A stretch of DNA of 64,000 nt from a virus (lineage: Duplodnaviria > Caudoviricetes): the IMG/VR virus record IMGVR_UViG_3300021364_000005; one strand, written 5' to 3'. A program made the position numbers and the translations under genes. Positions within the stretch are counted from its first letter, which is position 1. The number at the start of each line of letters is the position of its first letter. The notes beneath the pieces were generated by a model. It worked only from the letters and a program-made list of their open reading frames with translations, was not told the origin of the DNA and searched no databases. This document shows positions 40,504 through 49,923 of this stretch, piece after piece.

Positions 40504-41207
40504 GAAATAATCTACAAATACAAGAAATAAAAGATACACATTCTCATGCTGTACAACTACATAACATTGTTCCTGATTGGAAAATAGATTTTCTTAAAGA
40601 GCACTACGAAAATGCAGCTGATGTACGAAAAGTACAAAAAGAAACAGGACCTAAAGTTCTTTATGTAAGAGAAGGTGCAGAAGTTATCGATGATATTTTA
40701 ATGAGTTTACGTACAGAGTTTGGAAACTTTAGAGTGAGGTCAGCACATTTTTTCGAAGTAGAACATCCTCATGTAATACATAACGATGACGATTTTGATT
40801 ATCCTAAAGCATACAAAGCATTTACAATTCCTATTCATACAGAAGGGGCTAAGTCAGATAATGCTAAGTTAATTATGTTTAACCAATATTATTATGGAGG
40901 CCCTAGAAAGTTTATGAACGGGGGCCCTGTACAGAAAAAGAATTATTATAATAGTCATTTATACGAATATACAAAAGTTGAAAATAAAGATAACACAGGT
41001 ATTCCTGAAAAGTTTAAAAAATTTTATCTTAGTCATTTGAAAGAAAACTGGTTACAAGGATTAAGTGTAGATAGATACTTTCCTTGGCAAATTGGTTCTA
41101 TAATTGCTTTTGATAGTCTTCAGTTACATTGTGCAAGTGATTTTAGGCAAGCAGGCATAACAAAAAAATTAGGCTTGAGTATTTTTACGGAGTTAGAATG
41201 GAATTAG
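40500..41207 (+). CDS. 2OG-Fe(II) oxygenase-like protein, paralog of 29540
   Basis: IHND...QLHCA HxD...H triad; shares the HLK..WLQG...W..G..I.FD motif. Confidence 0.55.
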   Translation: MRNNLQIQEIKDTHSHAVQLHNIVPDWKIDFLKEHYENAADVRKVQKETGPKVLYVREGAEVIDDILMSLRTEFGNFRVRSAHFFEVEHPHVIHNDDDFDYPKAYKAFTIPIHTEGAKSDNAKLIMFNQYYYGGPRKFMNGGPVQKKNYYNSHLYEYTKVENKDNTGIPEKFKKFYLSHLKENWLQGLSVDRYFPWQIGSIIAFDSLQLHCASDFRQAGITKKLGLSIFTELEWN

Positions 41208-41665
41208 AAATAAGCGACTTCCAGCTTCGCAGGCCTCACTGGAGAGGACGCAATAAATTGATTGCAGGATTAATGGAGCCTAATAAATCTGTAATTGATT
41301 TAGGATGCGGAGCAAAAAATTTGTTATGGTATTACAGAAATCCTTTGAGATATCTAGGACTAGATGGTATGCCTATCGAAGAAGTTGATATGGTTGTTGA
41401 TTTGGACAGTGACTGGAGAGATACTGTAGAACATAATTGGGACTATTCTGTAAACAGTGGAATATTAGAATGGTGCAACGGCAGACGATTATTAAAGCAT
41501 CAAAAGGGCATTGCAAAAGAATATATATTTACTTGGTGGCCTGCATCAAGACCTCCTGTTAGAGCTTCTTTTGATGCTTTTGAATCCTGGGTCGAAGAAG
41601 ATTACATAATTAATGAAGTGCATGATTGGGGACCACAAAAAGTTTACAAGTGTGTTAGTTTATGA
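41198..41665 (+). CDS. Small class I SAM-dependent methyltransferase
   Basis: VIDLGCG motif I, YLGLD, SGILEW. Confidence 0.7.
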   Translation: MELEISDFQLRRPHWRGRNKLIAGLMEPNKSVIDLGCGAKNLLWYYRNPLRYLGLDGMPIEEVDMVVDLDSDWRDTVEHNWDYSVNSGILEWCNGRRLLKHQKGIAKEYIFTWWPASRPPVRASFDAFESWVEEDYIINEVHDWGPQKVYKCVSL

Positions 41666-42687
41666 AAAAATGTTTATACCCACAAAATGTTCTTATTGTA
41701 GGCAATGATGGAAGTACTATTAGTTGCCCACTTGAGTTTGCTAATGAAAAATTAGCAAATATTTCTGATGGGTTAGATAATGCGTGGAATAATCCTGCAT
41801 ATGACAACTTTAGAAATAATCTTGATACATATTTAGAAGATAAAACAAAAATTTGTTGGCAATGTAATAAGTTAGAAAAAAACGGAGCAATAAGTTTACG
41901 TACAGAAAACAAACCATTATCTGATAATGTCGAATTAAAAGCAATACAATTTAAATTAAGTAACAGATGTCAATTAGTATGTGCCCATTGCGGACCTTTA
42001 CTTAGTAGCAGTTGGGCAAAATTTATAGGAAGACCAGATATTATCGAAGATTTTGATCTTCCTGAAAGTGTTTTAGATGAACTAGCGGAAAAAATTAAAC
42101 ACTTAAAATATATTAGGTTTACAGGCGGCGAACCTTGGATGGATCCTATTCACTGGAAAATTTTAAAAAAACTTTCAACTGTTGATAAAGGAAATTGCGA
42201 ATTACATTATATTACAAACGGACTGTCGACTTATAGAAAAGAGCTATGGGAAGGTTGGAACAAAGTTCAAATAATGCTTAGTGTAGATGGGTGCAATGAA
42301 CACTATGAGTGGTTCCGTAGAGGCGCAGCTTGGGATAAATTATATCAAGCATACGAGAATTTAAAACTAATTAGTAATGTAAATATAAAAATTAATTACA
42401 GTCTCACACCTTGGACTATAGAATCGTTGGATAAAACGAGAAGTTATTTTGATGAAGAATTGGGTGTTGTGCCTATAATGTCTCCTGCTCATTGTAGTAT
42501 AGCAAGTATTACTACAGATGAATATGAATATTTGGGCTTGACAAATTATTCAGAATATAGTAATATAATAGGAAGTAATCCTAAGTCTTTGAAATCTTTA
42601 AAGTCTTGGGCAACAACATGGGATATACGATGGAAAACAAACAACTGGGCAGAACAGATTCACCCGTGGTTAAATCTTATAAATTAG
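41662..42687 (+). CDS. N-terminal twitch-domain radical SAM protein
   Basis: CLYP..SCP..CWQC; CQLVCAHC; TGGEP. Confidence 0.85.
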   Translation: MKKCLYPQNVLIVGNDGSTISCPLEFANEKLANISDGLDNAWNNPAYDNFRNNLDTYLEDKTKICWQCNKLEKNGAISLRTENKPLSDNVELKAIQFKLSNRCQLVCAHCGPLLSSSWAKFIGRPDIIEDFDLPESVLDELAEKIKHLKYIRFTGGEPWMDPIHWKILKKLSTVDKGNCELHYITNGLSTYRKELWEGWNKVQIMLSVDGCNEHYEWFRRGAAWDKLYQAYENLKLISNVNIKINYSLTPWTIESLDKTRSYFDEELGVVPIMSPAHCSIASITTDEYEYLGLTNYSEYSNIIGSNPKSLKSLKSWATTWDIRWKTNNWAEQIHPWLNLIN

Positions 42688-43259
42688 AAGATTATCCTAT
42701 GCAGGATATTTTAAAGTTTGCTGAAAGGGCAAGCTATTACAAAGAAGATCCTGCAAGTGTTAATATGTGGCATAGGCATTGGCATGACCGTCCTGAAACA
42801 TTGCCGTACTTGATTTTTTGTAGCGAACGATTTGCAAACGGAAATGGGCAATTTTTTGTAACAACCTTTGATGACAAGTTAGTTGCTATTAGTGGTATAC
42901 AGGTAAGCCCGTTCAGCAAAGAAATTGCTTTAGGTGGTGTAAGGTCTTGGGTCAATCCTGAGCTAAGAGGAAGATTTGTTATTGGTAGGCATTTATTACC
43001 TTTACAAAAACAATGGGCAATTGATAACGGTATTAAAGCAATATGTCTTACATTTAACAGTTATAATAAAAAACTAATTAATTATTTTAAACGTTCTGGT
43101 TTGGGTATAAAGAAAAACAGAAATCCTAACAGTATGTTTTTTAACGGTGTACACGAAGTACCGCATACTTGTAATATTCAATACACCGAACAATGGGTAA
43201 TTTATGATAAGATTGATTTAGATTTTGAATTCGACTGGAGTAAAATAAAACATGAATAA
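42666..43259 (+). CDS. GNAT-like acyltransferase (start uncertain)
   Basis: VRSWVNPELRGR motif A-like stretch. Start could be 42606, 42666 (GTG) or 42699. Confidence 0.55.
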   Translation: MVKSYKLEDYPMQDILKFAERASYYKEDPASVNMWHRHWHDRPETLPYLIFCSERFANGNGQFFVTTFDDKLVAISGIQVSPFSKEIALGGVRSWVNPELRGRFVIGRHLLPLQKQWAIDNGIKAICLTFNSYNKKLINYFKRSGLGIKKNRNPNSMFFNGVHEVPHTCNIQYTEQWVIYDKIDLDFEFDWSKIKHE

Positions 43260-44022
43260 ATACCATATGATGTTCCAATCTAAAACTAACACATTAAATG
43301 TAATACAAGCCGGCTGCTTAATTTTAGCACTAGCCGGTTTTCCATTTATTGAATTTACATTAGGAAATATTGTTATAGCAGTGTTATTCTTTTACGTGTT
43401 TAGTATTCTTGGTTTAAGTTTGACACTACATAGATATTATTCTCACAAAAGTTTTAAGTTTAAAAATGAAACACTTAGACAGATTTTTTCTCATATTGCT
43501 TTATTAGCAGGACGAGGAAGCCCTTTAGGCTGGGTGTATATACATAGGTTGCATCACAGATATTCTGATACAGAACAAGATCCACACGGACCTACTAGTA
43601 TGGGATTTAGATTGCTTGGGTTTGCTCCAAGAGACGAAGAGAAGGATAAAGTAAAAGTCTTTATGATTAAAGACATGATGACGCCTGAACATCTACGTTG
43701 GCATAATTATTACCTTCTATATATCCTTGGTTTTGTAATAGTTCTTGGATTAATCAATTTTGAATTGCTATATTTTATTTGGGTGCTTCCTGTTTTAGGA
43801 ATACAATTTAGTCAAAATTGTTTTAACTATTTTGCACACAAATGGGGTTATAGGAATCATGCTACAAAAGATGATAGTACAAATAATATTTGGCTATGGC
43901 CGTTCATTTGGGGCGATGCCTGGCACAATAACCATCATAACAATCTAGTAAAAATGACAACAAAGGAAAATTGGTGGGAATTTGATCCAGTAGTTCCTAT
44001 CTCTAGTATAATTAGGAAATAA
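43252..44022 (+). CDS. Membrane fatty acid desaturase (delta-9-like)
   Basis: His boxes HRYYSH, HRLHH, HNNHH; hydrophobic segments. Confidence 0.9.
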   Translation: MNKYHMMFQSKTNTLNVIQAGCLILALAGFPFIEFTLGNIVIAVLFFYVFSILGLSLTLHRYYSHKSFKFKNETLRQIFSHIALLAGRGSPLGWVYIHRLHHRYSDTEQDPHGPTSMGFRLLGFAPRDEEKDKVKVFMIKDMMTPEHLRWHNYYLLYILGFVIVLGLINFELLYFIWVLPVLGIQFSQNCFNYFAHKWGYRNHATKDDSTNNIWLWPFIWGDAWHNNHHNNLVKMTTKENWWEFDPVVPISSIIRK

Positions 44023-44025
44023 ATA
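44019..44025 (+). promoter_or_regulatory. Late promoter motif ATAAATA 4 nt before the start codon
   Basis: ATAAATACGTTATG. Confidence 0.5.
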
Positions 44026-44029
44026 CGTT

Positions 44030-44803
44030 ATGCATTTATTAAAGAGTAATACACTTATTGCACAACTTGTGCTACTAATTTCAGCTATTGGTACAGCAAT
44101 AGGTTACTATACCTATGGTTTTACTTTAGGTACAATCCTATTACCTATATTAGGATATTTTCTATATGTAGGACTTGGAATAAGTGTAACCTTCCATAGG
44201 TATTTGACACACAAAGCATATGAAACTTATCCTATTTTAGTTAAAATTGGAACTTTGTTAGGATCACTTAGCAATACTGGTAGTAGTATTGTTTGGGTTG
44301 CAATACATATGAATCATCATCGTCATGCTGATACTGAAAAAGACCCACATAGTCCTAGACACCAAGGACTTAAAACTTTTGCATTAGAATACGATTTAGA
44401 TACCAGTCGTGTTAGATGGAAAATGAAACATCTGATCGGAGATCCATTCCATATGTTTTTGCATAAGTACTACTTTGCTGTTATTGCAGCTTGGAGTTTG
44501 CTTCTGTTTTTAATTGGTGGATTTTATTTAATGGTATTTTTACATTGGTTTCCTATGATCATTAGCGGCGTAATGAGTAATATTGTAAACTATATTGGCC
44601 ATAAGCCAGACTGGTGGGGCGGTTATAGACGTTATGATACTCGTGACGATAGCATAAACAATTGGTTATGGGCAATACCAAGTTGGGGCGAAACACTACA
44701 TAATAATCATCATAAACGCCCATACAGTGCTACTCATGGAGAACGCTGGTGGGAAATTGACATCGGTGGTTATATTGTAAGGATGATTCGTACGGATGTT
44801 TAA
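44030..44803 (+). CDS. Membrane fatty acid desaturase, second paralog
   Basis: His boxes HRYLTH, HMNHH, HNNHH. Confidence 0.9.
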   Translation: MHLLKSNTLIAQLVLLISAIGTAIGYYTYGFTLGTILLPILGYFLYVGLGISVTFHRYLTHKAYETYPILVKIGTLLGSLSNTGSSIVWVAIHMNHHRHADTEKDPHSPRHQGLKTFALEYDLDTSRVRWKMKHLIGDPFHMFLHKYYFAVIAAWSLLLFLIGGFYLMVFLHWFPMIISGVMSNIVNYIGHKPDWWGGYRRYDTRDDSINNWLWAIPSWGETLHNNHHKRPYSATHGERWWEIDIGGYIVRMIRTDV

Positions 44804-46370
44804 AGGTGTTAATTGTATTCTGTTCACAGGCAGTAGTAGAACAGATCCGTTCCGCACACAAGAAAAACTAGACAGTGCATATGCTCAAGTAATACGTCCT
44901 TTGGGTGCGTATCAAATTGCAAATTTACTTAGGCAAGAAGGATATACTGTACAAGTTATAGACAGATATCCTTGGATTATTAGGAATTCTGATGATTTGT
45001 TTCCTATTCTTGAAAGGTATCTAGGTGAAGATACATTATGGATAGGGTATAGTAATACCTTTTTTGAGCATAGAATACAACAAAGTAAAATAAAAGATGG
45101 TTATCAAAGTCCTGAAGCAGACAGTATTGTTCTTAGCGACAGGGGAGTTCGCTATCTGAAAAGAAAAGCGTATGAAGCAAATCCTAATATAAAATTTTTA
45201 GTAGGCGGAGCAAAGACTTGGAGATGGAGCCAAGGCGACGAAAGGTTATTTGATTACTATGTTGAAGGCTATGCAGACGAAGCAGTCATACGCTTAACTA
45301 ATTATTTGGCAGGCAAAGGCGAAAAGCCGCCTATGAAAAAGAATGATGATGAACATAGTTATACAATTAACTATGATCAAAAAGGCAGCCTGTTTGATTT
45401 CAACAATAGTCATCACCATTGGCACGAAAGTGATCATTTAATGTGGGGAGAATCTCTTCCTATCGAAATTGCAAGGGGTTGTATTTTTAAATGTGCTTAT
45501 TGTAGTTTTCCATTAAATGGAAAGAAGAAACTAGACTTTATACGTGATCCGCAAAAACTCATAGATGAGCTAACAGAAAATTACGAAAAGTACGGAGTCT
45601 ATCAATACATTTATAGTGACGATACACACAACGATAGTGTAGAAAAGTTAGAGTTGTTATATAACAAAGTTTATAGTAAACTACCTTTTAAAATTGAATT
45701 TAGCACTTACTTAAGATTAGACCTTTTAGCTGCTCATAGCCATACTATAGAATTACTTCACGCAAGCGGATTGAGAGGAACATTTTTTGGAATTGAAAGT
45801 TTCAATCATGAAGCAAATAAAACTGTGGGCAAAGGTGCAAGTGAACAAAAAATCTGGGATAACTTATACAAATGTAAAGAAGTATGGAAAGATGACGTTG
45901 TAATACATAGTGGTTTAATAGTAGGATTGCCAAATGATAGTGCAAAAACTATTACTGCTTGGCTTGAAAAAGCAGTTGCTCCTGATAGTCCTATAGACTT
46001 TAGTATGATAGCAGAATTACAAATATTTCCAAAGTGGGGTAGAGATAGTCACTGGATGAATAAGATAGAGTTAAATCCGGATTTTTACGGTTATAAATTT
46101 GATGATCCTGAAAATGACTGGAATTGGACAAATAATACAGGACTTACAAAAATTCAAGCTATGGACATTGCACAGGTTTATAGACAAAAACAACTTCTTA
46201 ATAAACCTAATATGGGATGGATGACTTATTTACGCTGTGCAAGTGTAGGGCAAACAGTTGAGCAATATAAAAATACAACAATGAAAGAACACGTAGTTAT
46301 ACGAGATAAAGTTTTTCGTGACTACTGTGACAAACTATTAAATGCAGACGTTTCAATTCACAGAAAATAA
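44796..46370 (+). CDS. Cobalamin-binding-domain radical SAM protein
   Basis: N-terminal RPLGAYQIA..L...G..VQVID and VGG; EIARGCIFKCAYC; FFGIESF. Confidence 0.8.
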   Translation: MFKGVNCILFTGSSRTDPFRTQEKLDSAYAQVIRPLGAYQIANLLRQEGYTVQVIDRYPWIIRNSDDLFPILERYLGEDTLWIGYSNTFFEHRIQQSKIKDGYQSPEADSIVLSDRGVRYLKRKAYEANPNIKFLVGGAKTWRWSQGDERLFDYYVEGYADEAVIRLTNYLAGKGEKPPMKKNDDEHSYTINYDQKGSLFDFNNSHHHWHESDHLMWGESLPIEIARGCIFKCAYCSFPLNGKKKLDFIRDPQKLIDELTENYEKYGVYQYIYSDDTHNDSVEKLELLYNKVYSKLPFKIEFSTYLRLDLLAAHSHTIELLHASGLRGTFFGIESFNHEANKTVGKGASEQKIWDNLYKCKEVWKDDVVIHSGLIVGLPNDSAKTITAWLEKAVAPDSPIDFSMIAELQIFPKWGRDSHWMNKIELNPDFYGYKFDDPENDWNWTNNTGLTKIQAMDIAQVYRQKQLLNKPNMGWMTYLRCASVGQTVEQYKNTTMKEHVVIRDKVFRDYCDKLLNADVSIHRK

Positions 46371-47295
46371 TTGGTCAAGTTGGCGATACAACGAAGGAGA
46401 TCTGCATAGTAGAAGTCCTAGTGACGATGCAGTCTTTGAAGTTGTATACAAGCAACAGCAAGTTAAAATAGGTACACTATGGCAAGAAGCAGTAAAAGGT
46501 GCTAAAAGCACTATTGATGCTCATCCTGGAAAAAAGCCTAGTTTATTTTTTAGTGGGGGTGTTGATAGTGAAGTTATGCTTAGAGCATTTATTCATATAG
46601 GTTCTAATCCCGATGTATATATTGTTAGATATAATAATGATATAAATTTGTACGATGTAAGTTATGCTGTGTCAATTTGTAATTCTCTTGGTGTTGACTT
46701 TAAAATTATTGATATTAATTTGTTTAAGTTTTTTGAAAATGATGCAGAACAAATAAGCGAACTTGCACAATGTGATAGACCAAGAATGCTTCCACAGTTA
46801 TCCTTTGCAGATTATGTAGATGGCCTTCCAATCTTATGTATGGCAGATATTACATGGCAGCGCAGCGATTCTGATTATACCAAAAAAGGCATTTGGAAAG
46901 CATGGGAAATAGAAAGCGACTGTGCGTGTGATAGGTATAATATTGCTGTTGGCAGGGAAGCAATTTATCAATGGGGCAGATGGTCACCTGGTATATTACT
47001 AGCGCACACAAGATGGGAATGGTTTCATAAACTTATAAATGACAAGTATTACGGAAAGTTAGGAAATAGCAGCACTAAGTTTGAAGGATTTAGCAGTGAA
47101 TTTCCTGATATGATTCCTAGAAAGAAAAAAGTTGGCTTCGAAAAATGCGAAGATGTTATAAGTGAATTTGAAAGTTTTCTAAAAAAGAAATATAATGGAT
47201 TACCATTTCGTAGGCAAAGTGAATACACATTAGACGAAATGTGGTTTAAAATTACTGGTAAGAACTACGCTGCCAATAACGTTTTGGCTCTGTAG
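46342..47295 (+). CDS. PP-loop (N-type ATP pyrophosphatase) protein
   Basis: LFFSGGVDSE. Confidence 0.7.
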   Translation: MQTFQFTENNWSSWRYNEGDLHSRSPSDDAVFEVVYKQQQVKIGTLWQEAVKGAKSTIDAHPGKKPSLFFSGGVDSEVMLRAFIHIGSNPDVYIVRYNNDINLYDVSYAVSICNSLGVDFKIIDINLFKFFENDAEQISELAQCDRPRMLPQLSFADYVDGLPILCMADITWQRSDSDYTKKGIWKAWEIESDCACDRYNIAVGREAIYQWGRWSPGILLAHTRWEWFHKLINDKYYGKLGNSSTKFEGFSSEFPDMIPRKKKVGFEKCEDVISEFESFLKKKYNGLPFRRQSEYTLDEMWFKITGKNYAANNVLAL

Positions 47296-48154
47296 AGTTT
47301 GTTAAGAAATTTATTGTTTCTTCAATGTTTAAGAATACTTGATTCTCTCTGTACCTGTGTTCCATACCATTAATGATATAATCTATTTTCTCACAACCTT
47401 GATATTTTGGTACATATATTAATTCATCTTTCCAATTCTTTCCGTAAAAGATTGGTTTGATAAACAAGTCCCAATAGTTAATAACACTAATAGGTTCTTC
47501 TTCTAAGTAAGACAGCCCTTTCATTTGGTAATAGTCCCATGCATTACAAAATGCTGTTACTGTGCCGTCTTGTAAAACACTAAGCAATATATGCTCGTCT
47601 TTTTCGAAACCCACTGCTGTACGGTCGTTACACAGCGTCTTGTGTGCCCTTAAACGTGCATACTCTACACTGTTTGCTGTTTCTAGCAGGTAGTGTTTTC
47701 CATTATGTACATAAGGATCTGGACCATTAAATCCTTCTACTAGTGTTGTATTTTTTGGAAGTTTATTTAAGAAAAATGCGTGTAGTATTTGATTAGGTGG
47801 GATTTGCAGATCTTCTGATGTAGCAATTATATCATCCTTCACTTCGTATGGATCTATCTTAATTATTGTTACATCTATATTAAACTTATCTACACAAGCC
47901 TTTACGTTTTCTAGTTCATTGTCATTGTAATTAGGAAGATGTAAAAACGCACAATCTATTTGAATGCCTGCATCTTGAAAAGCTAAAAGGGTTGCTTGAC
48001 TATCCAACCCTCCGCTAAAACTTAAAATTAAATTATTGTAATTATTTTTTATAAAGTTAGCCCGCTCAGTAAACTCCTGTCTAACAGAACCTACTGGGCG
48101 GGTAACTGGGTGCAAATCTATATAGAATTTGCCATCTTCAAAACCGTATGACAT
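47252..48154 (-). CDS. PP-loop (N-type ATP pyrophosphatase) protein
   Basis: LSFSGGLDSQ; convergent paralog of 46342. Confidence 0.7.
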   Translation of the reverse strand: MSYGFEDGKFYIDLHPVTRPVGSVRQEFTERANFIKNNYNNLILSFSGGLDSQATLLAFQDAGIQIDCAFLHLPNYNDNELENVKACVDKFNIDVTIIKIDPYEVKDDIIATSEDLQIPPNQILHAFFLNKLPKNTTLVEGFNGPDPYVHNGKHYLLETANSVEYARLRAHKTLCNDRTAVGFEKDEHILLSVLQDGTVTAFCNAWDYYQMKGLSYLEEEPISVINYWDLFIKPIFYGKNWKDELIYVPKYQGCEKIDYIINGMEHRYRENQVFLNIEETINFLTNSTEPKRYWQRSSYQ

Positions 48155-48669
48155 TATGCAGTTTTGGGTTTTCTACCACGTTTCTTAGGTGCTTCCTTCT
48201 TAGGTGCTTCCTCGGCTAAGCTAGGATCCATTAGCTCTGTAACGGTTCTCATCCAAGGGAAGATATTCCATACACGTTCGTGTGCATAATACAAGAACAT
48301 ATTAATAGCTGTTGAAAGTCCAGCAAAGATTGTTGCTGATCCCCAGCTTCCTGTTACTAAGAAAGGAATAATAAAATTATTAGATGTAATGACTGCACGC
48401 CATGTAATCATTTTTAAAACTGCACGAAATTCTCTTTCGTCAAATGTCTCGTCTTTTTGCTTTCTAAGCAGCGAGAAAAAATTCCAAATTCTTTCATGTA
48501 ACCAGTACAAGAAACTATTAATAATAGTAGCAATACCAGCAATCTTAAGCCCAACTAGTAAACTACCAGTTGCTAAGAAGCCATTTACTACATGAGAGAT
48601 TGTAAGTAATACTCTCCATGAAACCATCTTAGAGATAGTTCTGTATTGTCTTTCATTGAACTTTACCAT
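48154..48669 (-). CDS. Membrane protein with two tandem DUF2061-like modules
   Basis: K(M)(V/I)(S/T)WR...Y(W/Y).HER(I/V)WN occurs twice; AAGGAG SD. Confidence 0.65.
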   Translation of the reverse strand: MVKFNERQYRTISKMVSWRVLLTISHVVNGFLATGSLLVGLKIAGIATIINSFLYWLHERIWNFFSLLRKQKDETFDEREFRAVLKMITWRAVITSNNFIIPFLVTGSWGSATIFAGLSTAINMFLYYAHERVWNIFPWMRTVTELMDPSLAEEAPKKEAPKKRGRKPKTA

Positions 48670-48697
48670 GAGATCTCCTTTTGTATAAAGTACGTAG

Positions 48698-49879
48698 TTA
48701 TTTATTGATGATTAATTTTTCAGGGATTATTTCTGAATTCATACGACCTACTTCAAATTGCTTTCCATGTATTTGTAATCCGTCTGCAAATCCGTGTTCG
48801 TAGGCTATAAAATTGCTTGCATTTTTCTTTACATAATCTAAACCTTCTAACCATATAGCGTGTTCTTTAGTTCCTTGATAGCCATTTATCCACCAATGAT
48901 CAAATTCAGAATACCAGTCTAAAGTTGCTTTATCTGCTTGCCACCAATTGTCATTCCACGTAGAATATATTAGTGGACGTAATTCTCTTTCGTGTATATG
49001 TCTATACACGTCAGCAGTCATATTTTTATGAAACCACCATTTTTGTTTGTTTGGATTAGCCTCTAACCATCGTTTAATTACGAATGCTTGTTTTGCTACA
49101 ATTGGTAATCCTTCAGGACACCAATAAAAATACTCAACTACACTGTTGTCATACTCTTTAATATGATTAGCAACGGTAATTATGTTAGTAGCTCTGTCAG
49201 CAAATCTTACGTAAAATTTACCATTTGAATGTATAAAACATCTAGGCTTTTCAATACCTAAAACAAGTGCAATTTTTTTCTCTTTATCAAAGCGTTTTCT
49301 AACTTCATTGAAATGCAAATAATTAAAACGTGTAACATTTAAAGGGTTAAGCCCTTCTTTTTTACCTTGTATCCAACTAGCATCTTTAGCAGTTAGCCAA
49401 TGTTCAAACAGGTATTCTGTCATATCAGTAACTGTAATTTTTATTTTAGGATATTTTTTATTGATTTCTTTTAATCTTGGTATAGTTTGTAAATCGTGTT
49501 CAGCTGCCGCATTCCTTGGATCTTTATTACTAGGATCTATTACAGTGTATTTTCTACTAGCAGATTCCATCGTATTACAAATTAATTCGTCAACGTGTAG
49601 TCCTTGACGTAAAAAGCTCATCAAAACATTATGGCTGTCAGCACCTCCGCTGTAACTTATCATTATATAATCGTATTCTTCTCTGAGTTGTTTTGCACGT
49701 TTATCATACAGTTGATCTAACGTCTCTTTTGGTTCTATATTCCAAGGAAACATATCCATAGCCAAATTATTAAAATGCCATTTGACTTCTGCATTTTGTG
49801 TTTGTGCATAAAAACAAGCATCTAGTTTGCTTTCAAACTCAATGCTATTAACAGAGTAATACCCTAGTTTTTTATTCAT
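48698..49879 (-). CDS. PP-loop (N-type ATP pyrophosphatase) protein
   Basis: ISYSGGADSHN; close paralog of 52571. Confidence 0.75.
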   Translation of the reverse strand: MNKKLGYYSVNSIEFESKLDACFYAQTQNAEVKWHFNNLAMDMFPWNIEPKETLDQLYDKRAKQLREEYDYIMISYSGGADSHNVLMSFLRQGLHVDELICNTMESASRKYTVIDPSNKDPRNAAAEHDLQTIPRLKEINKKYPKIKITVTDMTEYLFEHWLTAKDASWIQGKKEGLNPLNVTRFNYLHFNEVRKRFDKEKKIALVLGIEKPRCFIHSNGKFYVRFADRATNIITVANHIKEYDNSVVEYFYWCPEGLPIVAKQAFVIKRWLEANPNKQKWWFHKNMTADVYRHIHERELRPLIYSTWNDNWWQADKATLDWYSEFDHWWINGYQGTKEHAIWLEGLDYVKKNASNFIAYEHGFADGLQIHGKQFEVGRMNSEIIPEKLIINK

Positions 49880-49886
49880 CACAAGT

Positions 49887-49917
49887 TATTTACTCAAATA
49901 AAACACGTAGATAAATA
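49887..49917. promoter_or_regulatory. Divergent late promoter motifs
   Basis: TAAATA on the minus strand (49892-87) and ATAAATA on the plus strand (49911-17), the latter 6 nt before the ATG at 49924. Confidence 0.45.
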
Positions 49918-49923
49918 AAACTG

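Noticed and set aside
48184-48212. Direct repeat CTTAGGTGCTTCC x2
   Set aside because: It simply encodes the low-complexity EAPKKEAPKK tail of the membrane protein.
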